A stretch of 64,000 nt of DNA. It comes from Acidimicrobiaceae bacterium. Lineage in GTDB: Bacteria > Actinomycetota > Acidimicrobiia > Acidimicrobiales > JAUTXP01. This document shows, piece by piece, positions 24,916 to 33,469 of this stretch. Made by a program: the position numbers and the translations under genes. The notes under the pieces are model-generated. The model saw only the letters and a list, made by a program, of their open reading frames with translations. It was not told the DNA's origin and ran no database searches. The DNA is taken from the NCBI GenBank assembly GCA_030837965.1, contig JAUTXP010000021.1, forward strand, positions 14,844 through 78,843, read 5' to 3'. Numbering within the stretch: the stretch's first letter is position 1; every line of letters starts with the position of its first letter.

Positions 24916-26892
24916 ATGTCCGATGCCACCCCGGAGCCCCGCCCGGCCCCTGCCCCCCGTCTGGAAGAGACCGGCCCGCCACCCGGGCCTGAAGGCGCCT
25001 CCGGGCCTGGCGGCCCTGATCCCATGGAGGGGCCTGGCGGGCAGGCGCGCAAGCGTCGACGCCGCGGGTCGCGCGGCGGCCGAGGCCGCTCCGGCTCGGG
25101 CGGTGGCGGCGGTGTCGTCAATGGGGCCACGGCCAACGGGTCGCAGGACCGAGCGCCGGACGACCGACGGCCCGACGACCTCCCCGACCGTCCCATCGAA
25201 GGCGTGCCCCGCAGCGCGGAGGCGGCAGCCCGGGCCGAGGTCAGGCCCGAACCCAGACCGGAGATCAGGCCCGACACCAGGCCCGAGATGAGGCCCAAGA
25301 TCGGTGACTCCCGGCCGGGCGCACCGACGCCGCTGACGCCCAAGGCCCCGGCTGCTCGTCCGCCGTCCAGCGAGCCCGCGGCGTCCTCGACGCAATCGGC
25401 GAGCGGCGAAGGCGGGGCCAAGCGCAAACGCCGTCGCGGCGGTCGAGGTCGAGGCAGCGGCAGCGGCAGTGGCAGTGGCAGCGGGTCCGGCTCGGTCGGT
25501 GGCAACGCGACCGGCGGTCGTCGGCCCGACGTGGTCACCGCCGCGTCGCCCGCGGACGACGACCCGTTCGAGCTCGACGCCGAGACGCTCGAGCGGCGGC
25601 GCGGGCGCGAGCGCAAGGGTCGGCCCGTCGGCCGGTACCTCATGTGCGTGCACGTGCAGCCCCAGGCCACCCAGATCGCGGTGATGGAGGGACGGGCCCT
25701 GATCGAGCACTACGTGTCGCGCCCGCAGGACGACGCCAACCAGATCGACGGCAACGTCTACCTCGGCCGGGTGCAGAACGTGCTGCCCGGCATGGAGGCC
25801 GCCTTCATCGACATCGGCACCCCGAAGAACGCAGTGTTGTACCGAGGCGACGTCCGCTACGACAAGGACGACATCGAGGGCAAGAAGGGCGACGTGCGCA
25901 TCGAGCAGGTGCTCAAGTCGGCCCAAACGATCCTGTGCCAGGTGACCAAGAACCCCATCGGGACCAAGGGGGCGCGCCTCACGCAGGAGGTGAGCCTCCC
26001 AGGGCGCTTCGGCGTGCTCATCCCGAACAGCGACACGTACGGCATCTCCAAGCGGCTCTCCGACGACGAGCGCAAGCGGCTGCGGCGGGTGCTGGACGAG
26101 GTCAAGCCCGCGGAGCACGGGATCATCGTGCGCACCGCGGCCGAGGGGGCCACGGCCGACGAGTTGCGCAGGGACGTGCAGCGCCTGGTGCGTCAGTGGG
26201 AGGACATCGACGCCTTGGCCAAGCGGTCGAAGGCTCCTGCCCTTCTGTACCAAGAGCCGGACATGGCCGTGCGCGTCATCAGGGAGGAGTTCAACAAGGA
26301 GTACCGGGGTGTGGTCATCGACGACCGCGCTTTGTACGAGCAGGTCCGCGACTACGTCGCCGGCATCAGCCCCGAGTTGGCCGACCGGGTGGAGCACTAC
26401 GACCCGGGCGAGGAGGCGCTCCCGATCTTCGAGCGCTTCCACGTGCACGAGCAGTTGCACAAGGCGCTGGACCGCAAGGTGTGGCTGCCGTCGGGCGGGT
26501 CGCTCATCATCGAGCGCACGGAGGCCCTCACGGTCATCGACGTGAACACGGGCAAGAACGTGGGCAAGTCGAACTTGGAGGAGACCGTCTACCGCAACAA
26601 CCTGGAGGCGGCCCAGGAGATCGCGCGCCAACTGCGGCTGCGCGACATCGGCGGGATCATCGTCATCGACTTCATCGACATGGAGGTGGCGTCGAACCGC
26701 AACGACGTCATCCGGGCCTTCAGGGACGCGCTGGCCAGGGACAAGACGCGCACGCAGGTGTTCGACATCTCCGAGTTGGGCCTGGTCGAGATGACGCGCA
26801 AGCGCATCAGCGAGGGGCTGGTGGAGTCGTTGTCGGAGATGTGTCCGACGTGCAACGGCCGCGGCCTGGTGTTCGACGAGTCGCTGCTCTAA
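24916..26892 (+). CDS. rne: Rne/Rng-family ribonuclease (RNase E/G) with a disordered Arg/Pro/Gly-rich N-terminus
   Basis: S1 domain (GNVYLGRVQNVLPGMEAAFIDIG) and catalytic core (GGSLIIERTEALTVIDVNTGK, GGIIVIDFIDM, CPTCNGRG). Confidence 0.88.
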   Translation: MSDATPEPRPAPAPRLEETGPPPGPEGASGPGGPDPMEGPGGQARKRRRRGSRGGRGRSGSGGGGGVVNGATANGSQDRAPDDRRPDDLPDRPIEGVPRSAEAAARAEVRPEPRPEIRPDTRPEMRPKIGDSRPGAPTPLTPKAPAARPPSSEPAASSTQSASGEGGAKRKRRRGGRGRGSGSGSGSGSGSGSVGGNATGGRRPDVVTAASPADDDPFELDAETLERRRGRERKGRPVGRYLMCVHVQPQATQIAVMEGRALIEHYVSRPQDDANQIDGNVYLGRVQNVLPGMEAAFIDIGTPKNAVLYRGDVRYDKDDIEGKKGDVRIEQVLKSAQTILCQVTKNPIGTKGARLTQEVSLPGRFGVLIPNSDTYGISKRLSDDERKRLRRVLDEVKPAEHGIIVRTAAEGATADELRRDVQRLVRQWEDIDALAKRSKAPALLYQEPDMAVRVIREEFNKEYRGVVIDDRALYEQVRDYVAGISPELADRVEHYDPGEEALPIFERFHVHEQLHKALDRKVWLPSGGSLIIERTEALTVIDVNTGKNVGKSNLEETVYRNNLEAAQEIARQLRLRDIGGIIVIDFIDMEVASNRNDVIRAFRDALARDKTRTQVFDISELGLVEMTRKRISEGLVESLSEMCPTCNGRGLVFDESLL

Positions 26893-26912
26893 GGGTGGTT
26901 CTCGCCGGGCCA

Positions 26913-26953
26913 GGGGGCGGGTGGGGTGGTCGGGTGGGGTGGTCGGGTGGGGG
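26913..26953 (+). repeat. G-run tract: about 2.8 tandem copies of GGGTGGGGTGGTC; G-quadruplex-type motif
   Basis: Seven runs of three or more G within 41 nt, separated by 1-5 nt, read directly. It lies in the rne-rplU intergenic region on the sense strand. Confidence 0.8.
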
Positions 26954-27019
26954 TCGAGCGGGCTGGTCGGCTACGATGGTCGGCCGTTGTCTGTTCCGAC
27001 AGGGCAGCCCGGAGGGGCC

Positions 27020-27331
27020 ATGTACGCAGTCATCAAGACCGGTGGGAAGCAAGAGCGCGTGGCCGAGGGCCAGCGCCTCAACGTCGAGCGCCTGAGCGCG
27101 GACGGCGAAGCCGCTGAACTGACCTTCACGCCTCTCATGCTGGTCGACGGGGACGACGTGCTGGCCGGTTCGTCGGTCGGCGGCGCCACCGTCACCGCCC
27201 GCATCGTGGGCGAGGCCAAAGGCCCCAAGATCAGGGGCTTCACGTACAAGAACAAGACCAACCAGCGCAAGCGCTGGGGGCATCGTCAGAAGTACACGAC
27301 GATCGAGATCACCGGCATCAGCCGGGGCTAG
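27020..27331 (+). CDS. rplU: 50S ribosomal protein L21
   Basis: [25 protein letters not shown]... Confidence 0.95.
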   Translation: MYAVIKTGGKQERVAEGQRLNVERLSADGEAAELTFTPLMLVDGDDVLAGSSVGGATVTARIVGEAKGPKIRGFTYKNKTNQRKRWGHRQKYTTIEITGISRG

Positions 27332-27344
27332 CGGAGGGCCAGCG

Positions 27345-27596
27345 ATGTCAAAGACCAAAGGCGGCGGCTCCACTCGCAACGGCCGGGACTCGGCCGCGCA
27401 ACGGCTGGGTGTGAAGGTGTTCGACGGCACCGAGGTGACCGCGGGCTCCATCATCGTGCGCCAGCGGGGGACCAAGTTCCACCCGGGCGTCAACGTGGGC
27501 CGGGGCGGCGACGACACGCTGTTCGCGCTGGCCGACGGCAAGGTGAAGTTCGGGTCCCGCAAGGGACGCAAGCTCGTCGACATCCTCCCCTCCTAG
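27345..27596 (+). CDS. rpmA: 50S ribosomal protein L27
   Basis: [45 protein letters not shown]. Confidence 0.95.
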   Translation: MSKTKGGGSTRNGRDSAAQRLGVKVFDGTEVTAGSIIVRQRGTKFHPGVNVGRGGDDTLFALADGKVKFGSRKGRKLVDILPS

Positions 27597-27618
27597 CGAG
27601 TCCGGGGCCGCGTCCCCG

Positions 27619-28851
27619 ATGGCCGGGTTCGTCGACGAGGCGCAGCTTCATGTGAAGGCGGGCGACGGCGGCGCGGGATCGGTGTCGTTCCGGCGAGAGG
27701 CGCACGTCCCCCGGGGTGGCCCCGATGGCGGCGACGGCGGCAAGGGCGGCGACGTGTGGCTGGTGGCCAGCCGAGACGTGGCCTCGCTGCTGTCGTTTCG
27801 CGACCACCCCCATCGCAAGGCGGGCAGCGGCACCCACGGGGCCGGTCGCGCGAGGCACGGCCGCAACGGGGCCGACATGGTGGTGAAGGTCCCTGAGGGG
27901 ACGGTCGTGAAGGACCTGCAAGGCACGGTGGTGGCCGACCTGGTGTTGGAAGGCGACCGGTGGCTGGCCGCCGAGGGGGGCAGGGGCGGCAAGGGCAACG
28001 CCCGCTTCCTGTCCAATCGGAGGCGGGCACCGTCATTCGCGGAGCAGGGCGAGGCGGGCGAGGAGCACTGGTTCAACCTGGAGCTCAAGCTCATGGCCGA
28101 CGTGGCCTTGGTCGGCTTCCCGAACGCGGGCAAGTCCACCCTCATCTCGCGCATCTCGGCGGCCAAGCCCAAGATCGCCGACTACCCCTTCACCACGTTG
28201 GAGCCCCACCTGGGCGTGGTGCGCTACGACGACGCCGAGTTCGTGGTGGCCGACGTGCCCGGGCTGATCGAGGGGGCGAGCGAGGGCAAGGGCTTGGGCC
28301 ATCGGTTCCTGCGCCATGTCGAACGGGCGCGCGTGCTGGTGGTGCTGCTCGATCTGACCGGCGACGTGGCCGAGCAGGAGCGTGTGTTGTTGCACGAGCT
28401 CGGGAACTACCGGCCGGAACTGTTGGAGCGGCCCCGCATCCGGGTCGGGTCCAAGGCCGACGCCGCGCCCGATCCCGCGGCGTTGGCCGCTTTCGGCGGG
28501 CTGTGCATCTCGGCCGTGGTGGGCGAGGGGCTGACCGAGCTTTTGCAGCGGCTCACCGAGCTGGTGGCCACGGCGCGCGCCGTGCTGCCCGCGCCGGAGC
28601 AGTACGTGGTGCACCGGCCCGAGCCGGAAGGCGTCTTGGTCGAGCGGGGGCCGGACGGGGCCTTCGTGGTCAAGGGCAGGCCCGCCGAGCGGGCCGTGGC
28701 CGTGTCCGACATCACCAACGCCCAAGCGTTGGCCTACGTGCAGGGCAGGCTCAAGCGTCTGGGCGTGGACCGGGCCTTGGCCCGGGCCGGGGCGCGGGAG
28801 GGCGACACCGTGCACATCGCCGGGTTCACCTTCGAGTACGAGCCCGACTGA
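27619..28851 (+). CDS. obg: GTPase Obg/CgtA
   Basis: FVDEAQLHVKAGDGGAGSVSFRREA..PRGGPDGGDGGKGG, G-domain GFPNAGKST, and a C-terminal OCT-like domain. Confidence 0.95.
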   Translation: MAGFVDEAQLHVKAGDGGAGSVSFRREAHVPRGGPDGGDGGKGGDVWLVASRDVASLLSFRDHPHRKAGSGTHGAGRARHGRNGADMVVKVPEGTVVKDLQGTVVADLVLEGDRWLAAEGGRGGKGNARFLSNRRRAPSFAEQGEAGEEHWFNLELKLMADVALVGFPNAGKSTLISRISAAKPKIADYPFTTLEPHLGVVRYDDAEFVVADVPGLIEGASEGKGLGHRFLRHVERARVLVVLLDLTGDVAEQERVLLHELGNYRPELLERPRIRVGSKADAAPDPAALAAFGGLCISAVVGEGLTELLQRLTELVATARAVLPAPEQYVVHRPEPEGVLVERGPDGAFVVKGRPAERAVAVSDITNAQALAYVQGRLKRLGVDRALARAGAREGDTVHIAGFTFEYEPD

Positions 28852-28853
28852 GC

Positions 28854-29951
28854 ATGCTGATCGTCGCCAAGATCGGCACGTCGTCCATCACGGACGGGTC
28901 GGGCCACGTGGACGCGGGCGCGGTCGAGCGCCTGTGCGCAGACGTGGCCGCGGTGCGCGGCGCGGGCCATCAGGTGCTGGTGGTCACCTCCGGCGCCATC
29001 ACCGCAGGCCTGCCCGCCATCGGGCTCGATGGGGCCCGACCCACCGACCCGCTCACCTTGCAGGCCGTGTCGGCCATCGGCCAGAGCAGGCTCATGCGGG
29101 TGTACGACCGCATCCTGGGCGACCTCGGGCTGGTGAGCGCGCAGGTGCTGCTGGCGCCGCTCGACTTCGTGCACCGCAGCCAGTACCTCCACGCCCGCCA
29201 GACGTTGGAGCGCCTGTTGGAGTTGGGCGCGGTACCGGTCATTAACGAGAACGACGCCATCGCCGACGACGAGATCCGCTTCGGTGACAACGACCGGCTG
29301 GCCGCGCTGGTGGCCCACTTGGTGCGGGCCGATCTGCTGGTGCTGCTGACCGACACGCCCGGCCTCTTCACCGCTGACCCGCGGCTGGACGAGTCGGCGT
29401 CGCTGATCGAGGAGATCGTCGAGGTCGACGCCGAGCTGGAGCAGGCCGCGGGGCGCAGCGCGGGAGAGCGGGGGAGCGGCGGCATGGCGTCCAAGCTCGC
29501 CGCGGCCAAGATCGCGGCGTGGTCCGGCGTGCGGGCCGTCATCGCCGGCGCGGCCCGGCCTGACGTCCTGCTCGACGCGGTGAACGGGGTGGCGGGCGTG
29601 GGTACGGTGGTCAAGCCCCGTGACGGCAGGCGGCTGTCGGCCCGCAAGCTGTGGATCGCCTTCGCCATCGGATCGTCCGGGCGGGTGGTGGTGGACGATG
29701 GGGCCCGGCGGGCCTTGGTCGAGCGCAACTCGTCGCTTCTGCCCGCGGGCGTGGTGGACGTGTCGGGCGGGTTCGGCGCCGACGACGCCGTCGAGATCGC
29801 GTTGCCCGACGGGACCGTGTTCGCCAAGGGCCTGGCCCGGCACTCGGCCGCGTGGGTCAAGCAGTGGCGGGGCAGGCGCACGTCGGACCTTCCCGCGGAC
29901 GAGCCGCCCGAGGTGGTCCACCGCGACGACCTCGTCGTCCTCCCCGGCTGA
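28854..29951 (+). CDS. proB: Glutamate 5-kinase (with PUA domain)
   Basis: IVAKIGTSSITD, VVTSGAI, INENDAIADDEIRFGDNDRLAA, and a C-terminal PUA-like segment. Confidence 0.92.
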   Translation: MLIVAKIGTSSITDGSGHVDAGAVERLCADVAAVRGAGHQVLVVTSGAITAGLPAIGLDGARPTDPLTLQAVSAIGQSRLMRVYDRILGDLGLVSAQVLLAPLDFVHRSQYLHARQTLERLLELGAVPVINENDAIADDEIRFGDNDRLAALVAHLVRADLLVLLTDTPGLFTADPRLDESASLIEEIVEVDAELEQAAGRSAGERGSGGMASKLAAAKIAAWSGVRAVIAGAARPDVLLDAVNGVAGVGTVVKPRDGRRLSARKLWIAFAIGSSGRVVVDDGARRALVERNSSLLPAGVVDVSGGFGADDAVEIALPDGTVFAKGLARHSAAWVKQWRGRRTSDLPADEPPEVVHRDDLVVLPG

Positions 29952-29966
29952 CCCCGCAACGCAGCC

Positions 29967-30016
29967 CGTCTTGTCGCGCCGGCTCCCGGGATTTCGGCAA
30001 ACAGCGCGACAAGACG
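29967..30016. terminator. Hairpin, family C copy; probable bidirectional terminator between proB and pspA
   Basis: A 13-bp perfect inverted repeat, CGTCTTGTCGCGC (29967-29979) and GCGCGACAAGACG (30004-30016), with a 24-nt loop. It sits between convergent stops at 29951 and 30030. Confidence 0.6.
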
Positions 30017-30029
30017 TGCTAGGTGTCGG

Positions 30030-30815
30030 CTAGGTGGTGGTGGTGCCGGGATCGGCTTGGGGGGAGGGGGCGGCTGCGGCCTCGCCCTCCGGCGCGGCGA
30101 TGCCGAGCTGGGCCCGGATCTGGGACAGCCGGGCCTGGGCCTCGGTGTCCATCTGGGCCTGCTCGACTTCGAGCATCCGGCTCTCCACCGTGGCCCCCTG
30201 CAACTCGGACGAGCCCAGGGCCTTGGCGTAACGGGCCTCGATCTTGTCCCGCACCTCTTCGAGCGTGGGCACGTCCTGGCCCACCGTCTCGGACAGCGAC
30301 TGCATGGCCCTGTTCATCTGCTCTTGCATCTTGGCCTGGTCGAGCTGGGACATGAGCTTTTGACGTTCGCCCAGCTTCTTCTGGAGCACCATCGAGTTCT
30401 GGTTCACCGCGGCCTTGGCCTGGTCGGCGGCCTGGGTGGACTGCATGGCCAGGGTCTTGAGCGACTCGACCTGGTGCTCGATGGAGATGAGCTGGTTGGC
30501 GAACGTCTCCGCGGCGCGGGTGAACTCGGTGGCCCGGGCCGCGTCGCCCTTCTTGGTCGCCTCGTCGGCCATCAGCACGGCCTGACGGGCCTTGCCGTTG
30601 AGCGACTCCAACTGCTCCATGGCCCGGTTCAACTGCATCTCGGTCTGCTTCTGGTTGGCGATGACGTTGGCCGCCTGCTCCTTCAGCCGCCGGTGCTGGT
30701 CCTGGGCCTCGGCGATGGCCTGCTCCAACTGGATCTTGGGGTCGGCCGCCTCGTCGAACTTCGAGGTCGACGCCGCCGTGAGGTACCGCCACATCCGGCG
30801 GAGGAGCTTGAACAT
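30030..30815 (-). CDS. pspA: PspA/IM30 (Vipp1)-family membrane-stress protein
   Basis: MFKLLRRMWRYLTA...KFDEAADPKIQLEQAIAEAQDQHRRLKEQAANVIANQKQ. It is coiled-coil throughout, as is typical of PspA. Confidence 0.88.
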   Translation of the reverse strand: MFKLLRRMWRYLTAASTSKFDEAADPKIQLEQAIAEAQDQHRRLKEQAANVIANQKQTEMQLNRAMEQLESLNGKARQAVLMADEATKKGDAARATEFTRAAETFANQLISIEHQVESLKTLAMQSTQAADQAKAAVNQNSMVLQKKLGERQKLMSQLDQAKMQEQMNRAMQSLSETVGQDVPTLEEVRDKIEARYAKALGSSELQGATVESRMLEVEQAQMDTEAQARLSQIRAQLGIAAPEGEAAAAPSPQADPGTTTT

Positions 30816-30824
30816 GGCGTGAGG

Positions 30825-31616
30825 TTAGGCGGACCCGCCCCCGGACGTCATCGGCGTGCCGCCTGCCTCGCCACCCGCCTCGCCGCCGGCTCGCTCGCCC
30901 GTGTCCTCCAGCGCCTCACGCAACGACTCCATCTCGCCGACCAGCGAGTCGACCTGGTTCGACACGCCCAGCAGATCCTCGTCGCCCATGGTGCCCACCG
31001 ACAGCTCCACGGCCCGGGCCACGGCCTCGTCCAGCCTGGCGTTGAGCACACGAAGGCGGTCGCGCGCGTCGCCCGCCACTCGCTCGATGCGCGCCGCCGC
31101 GGCCAACTGGGCCTGCAACGCCTTCATGGCCGCGTCCCGAGACGGCGAGGCCGCCTCGTCGCCCAACGAGGCCAGCTCCTGTTGTACGTCGCCCACGTCC
31201 AACTCGCTGTACGCCGACTGGAGGGCGTCGCCTTGTCGGGCGATGCGCCACGTCTCGTCCACCGCGCTGTCGAGCCTTCGACCCAACTCGGTGAGCCGGT
31301 CCCGCAAAGGCCCGGGGCGGGTCCGATGCGACGCCTGCTCGAAGCGCCTGCGGGCGTCGATGGCGTCGACCACGAAACGCCGCCACGGCTCGCGCACCTT
31401 GCCCGGCTCGACGCGCTGCTCGCCCCGCTTGCGGGGCACGGCCCACGCCACCCGGCCCACCCAGCACAGCGCGCCCACCGCGGCCGCGGCCAACACCGGC
31501 GCGCCCGCCAACACGGCCACCGACACGCCCGCCCCGGCCAGCAACGTGGCCGACGGCGAGAACATGGCCTTGGCCACCGGGCGGGACCGGACCCGCTCGG
31601 GCAGGCGCTCGAGCAC
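30825..31616 (-). CDS. Membrane protein with a cytoplasmic coiled-coil domain (PspA-adjacent)
   Basis: Two N-terminal hydrophobic helices (LLAGAGVSVAVLAGAPVLAAAAVGALCWVG) are followed by helical heptad-like sequence. It ends 9 nt upstream of pspA. The GTG start at 31616 is uncertain. Confidence 0.6.
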   Translation of the reverse strand: MLERLPERVRSRPVAKAMFSPSATLLAGAGVSVAVLAGAPVLAAAAVGALCWVGRVAWAVPRKRGEQRVEPGKVREPWRRFVVDAIDARRRFEQASHRTRPGPLRDRLTELGRRLDSAVDETWRIARQGDALQSAYSELDVGDVQQELASLGDEAASPSRDAAMKALQAQLAAAARIERVAGDARDRLRVLNARLDEAVARAVELSVGTMGDEDLLGVSNQVDSLVGEMESLREALEDTGERAGGEAGGEAGGTPMTSGGGSA

Positions 31617-31647
31617 TAGGACCGCTCCAGCACTAGGACCGCTCCAG
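31614..31647 (-). repeat. Tandem 17-nt repeat (2 perfect copies plus a degenerate third) at the 5' end of the membrane-protein gene
   Basis: CACTAGGACCGCTCCAG x2 on the + strand. On the coding strand this duplicates the gene start as ATG/GTG-CTG-GAG-CGG-TCC-TAG mini-ORFs. Confidence 0.9.
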
Positions 31648-31666
31648 CATTACGACCGACCCGACA

Positions 31667-33469
31667 TCAGAAGTTGCTGACCACCGCGGTGAAGACCTGG
31701 TTGATGGTGGTCGGGTCGTGGGCGTCGTACGACGCGCCGTTGGTGGCCTCGGCCATGCGCTTGAGCACGGCCAGGTCGGCGTCGCGCCCGTAGGCGATGG
31801 TGAAGAGGCGCACGGTGTTGCCGCCGCTCGACGCGCCCTCGCTGCCCGAGCGCAGCCTGCGCACCAGCCCGTCCAAGTCCTCGTTGCGCGGGTCCTCGTT
31901 CTGCCCGTCGGTCAACAGCAGCACGGCGTTGATGCGGGCCGGGTCGAAGGCCTGCTTCATGTCGTCGAAGGCGGCCGACGCGGCCGTGTACAACGGCGTC
32001 CCGTTGGTCGGGGCCAAGGCGTCGATGGAGTGCACCAACTGCTCACGGTCGGCCGAGATGGGCCCGACCGGGACGAGGTCGATGTAGTCCTTGGGCTCCT
32101 GGGCTCGGATCTGCGTGCTGAAGATGCGCAGGCCGACGAGGTCGTCGGACTTGAACTGGTCGAGGGCGGTGATGGCGGCCCGCTTGGCCAGTTCCAGCTT
32201 GGTGTCGCCGTTGCCCGCGTCGTCGCCCATGGAGCCGGACACGTCCATGACGAGCAGCACCCTGGCCCCCTTGCGCAGCTCGCCCCATTTCTCCACCAGG
32301 CGCACCAGCACTTGCGGCGTGGGCAGCCCGAGGGTGGTCTGGGGCTGGCCGGGGTCCACCCCGTTGGCCGCGTTGATGGGCGCGGCCACCGGCACCGAGG
32401 GGTTGCCGGGACGAAAGCCGAAGCGCAGCACCTTGCGCTGGTTCTCGGGGCGCTGCACGAACGCCTCGAAGGCCTGGGCCGCCTTGCGCTGCACGGGCGA
32501 GACCCACGGCGCGTTGAGGATGAACAGCGGGTTGTCCGAGAAGAGCGTGCCCTCCTTCGGATAGATCGCCACCAGCGGGATGCGGGGCGGACGGGGCCGC
32601 TCGCCCGGATCGAGGATGCCGTCCGGGTTGCCGGTGTTGTAGTCGATGACCGACTTCTCCTCGACGGCCACGGCGCTCACATACGTCAGGCCCACGCCGC
32701 GCGAATCGGCCCGGTACAGGTTGTTGAGGAACGTCAGGGTGGTGTCGCCGTAGTGGACCACGGCCGACTCCACGCCCCGTTGGGCCGACTCGACCTGCGG
32801 GTTGTTCACGTCCTCGAGGCTCAGGTCGCGCACCTTACCGACCGCGGCGTAGTACTGGGCGATGGTGGCCGACAGGGCGCTGGTCGAGAAGTTGGGGTTG
32901 GTCTTGCCGAGCTTGAACGGGCCCCATTCGGGATGGCCCTTGCCCGCCCAGCCCTTGGGATCGTTGGCCAAGGCCAACAGGTCGCTGTAGCCGATGGGCG
33001 TGTTGGGCCAGCCCAGGGCCTGGGCCATGGGGCGGGGCATGGCGATGGTGAGCGGGGTGAGCATGAAGGGCTTGGCGTCGGTGGGGACGATGGCGGCCTG
33101 GCCCTTGTCCGACAGCCGCTGGTTCACCACTGCGCCCCACGACGAAGCGGCGGGCGACCACACCACCGGCTTGGGACCGTTGGCGGGCTCGTCGGGCCAG
33201 CCCTCGGTCAGCAGGGTGGCCCCGGCGCCGGACGACGTCTTGGCCACGCGCACGTCGACGCACTTGCCGTCGATCTTGTCCTTGTTGAACGTGGCCGCCA
33301 ACTCGGTGAGCAGGGCCAGCTTCTCGGGCGACACGGCCATGGTCACCGTGGTGCAGTTGCGCTTGCCCCCGAACGCGGTCCCGCCGCCGGTCGTCGTGCA
33401 GCCCGCCAGCACCAGCGCGGCGACCACCAACACCCCGAGGCATCCGCGCCCCTTCAACGTGCGCCGCAT
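31667..33469 (-). CDS. Lipoprotein with a periplasmic substrate-binding-like domain fused to a von Willebrand factor A domain
   Basis: Signal peptide and lipobox MRRTLKGRGCLGVLVVAALVLAGC, an SBP-like N-terminal half, and a VWA MIDAS motif (VLLVMDVSGSM ... LLLTDGQNED). The ATG at 33469 overlaps the upstream stop by 1 nt. Confidence 0.8.
   Translation of the reverse strand: MRRTLKGRGCLGVLVVAALVLAGCTTTGGGTAFGGKRNCTTVTMAVSPEKLALLTELAATFNKDKIDGKCVDVRVAKTSSGAGATLLTEGWPDEPANGPKPVVWSPAASSWGAVVNQRLSDKGQAAIVPTDAKPFMLTPLTIAMPRPMAQALGWPNTPIGYSDLLALANDPKGWAGKGHPEWGPFKLGKTNPNFSTSALSATIAQYYAAVGKVRDLSLEDVNNPQVESAQRGVESAVVHYGDTTLTFLNNLYRADSRGVGLTYVSAVAVEEKSVIDYNTGNPDGILDPGERPRPPRIPLVAIYPKEGTLFSDNPLFILNAPWVSPVQRKAAQAFEAFVQRPENQRKVLRFGFRPGNPSVPVAAPINAANGVDPGQPQTTLGLPTPQVLVRLVEKWGELRKGARVLLVMDVSGSMGDDAGNGDTKLELAKRAAITALDQFKSDDLVGLRIFSTQIRAQEPKDYIDLVPVGPISADREQLVHSIDALAPTNGTPLYTAASAAFDDMKQAFDPARINAVLLLTDGQNEDPRNEDLDGLVRRLRSGSEGASSGGNTVRLFTIAYGRDADLAVLKRMAEATNGASYDAHDPTTINQVFTAVVSNF

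Noticed and set aside
25440-25500. (GGCAGC)n and (GGCAGT)n repeats, plus nearby RP(E/D)xRP repeats. I considered whether these could be a CRISPR-like or VNTR locus.
   Set aside because: The units are 6-15 nt with no unique spacers. They lie in-frame inside the disordered N-terminus of RNase E (GRGRGSGSGSGSGSGSGS). This is coding low complexity, not a CRISPR array.
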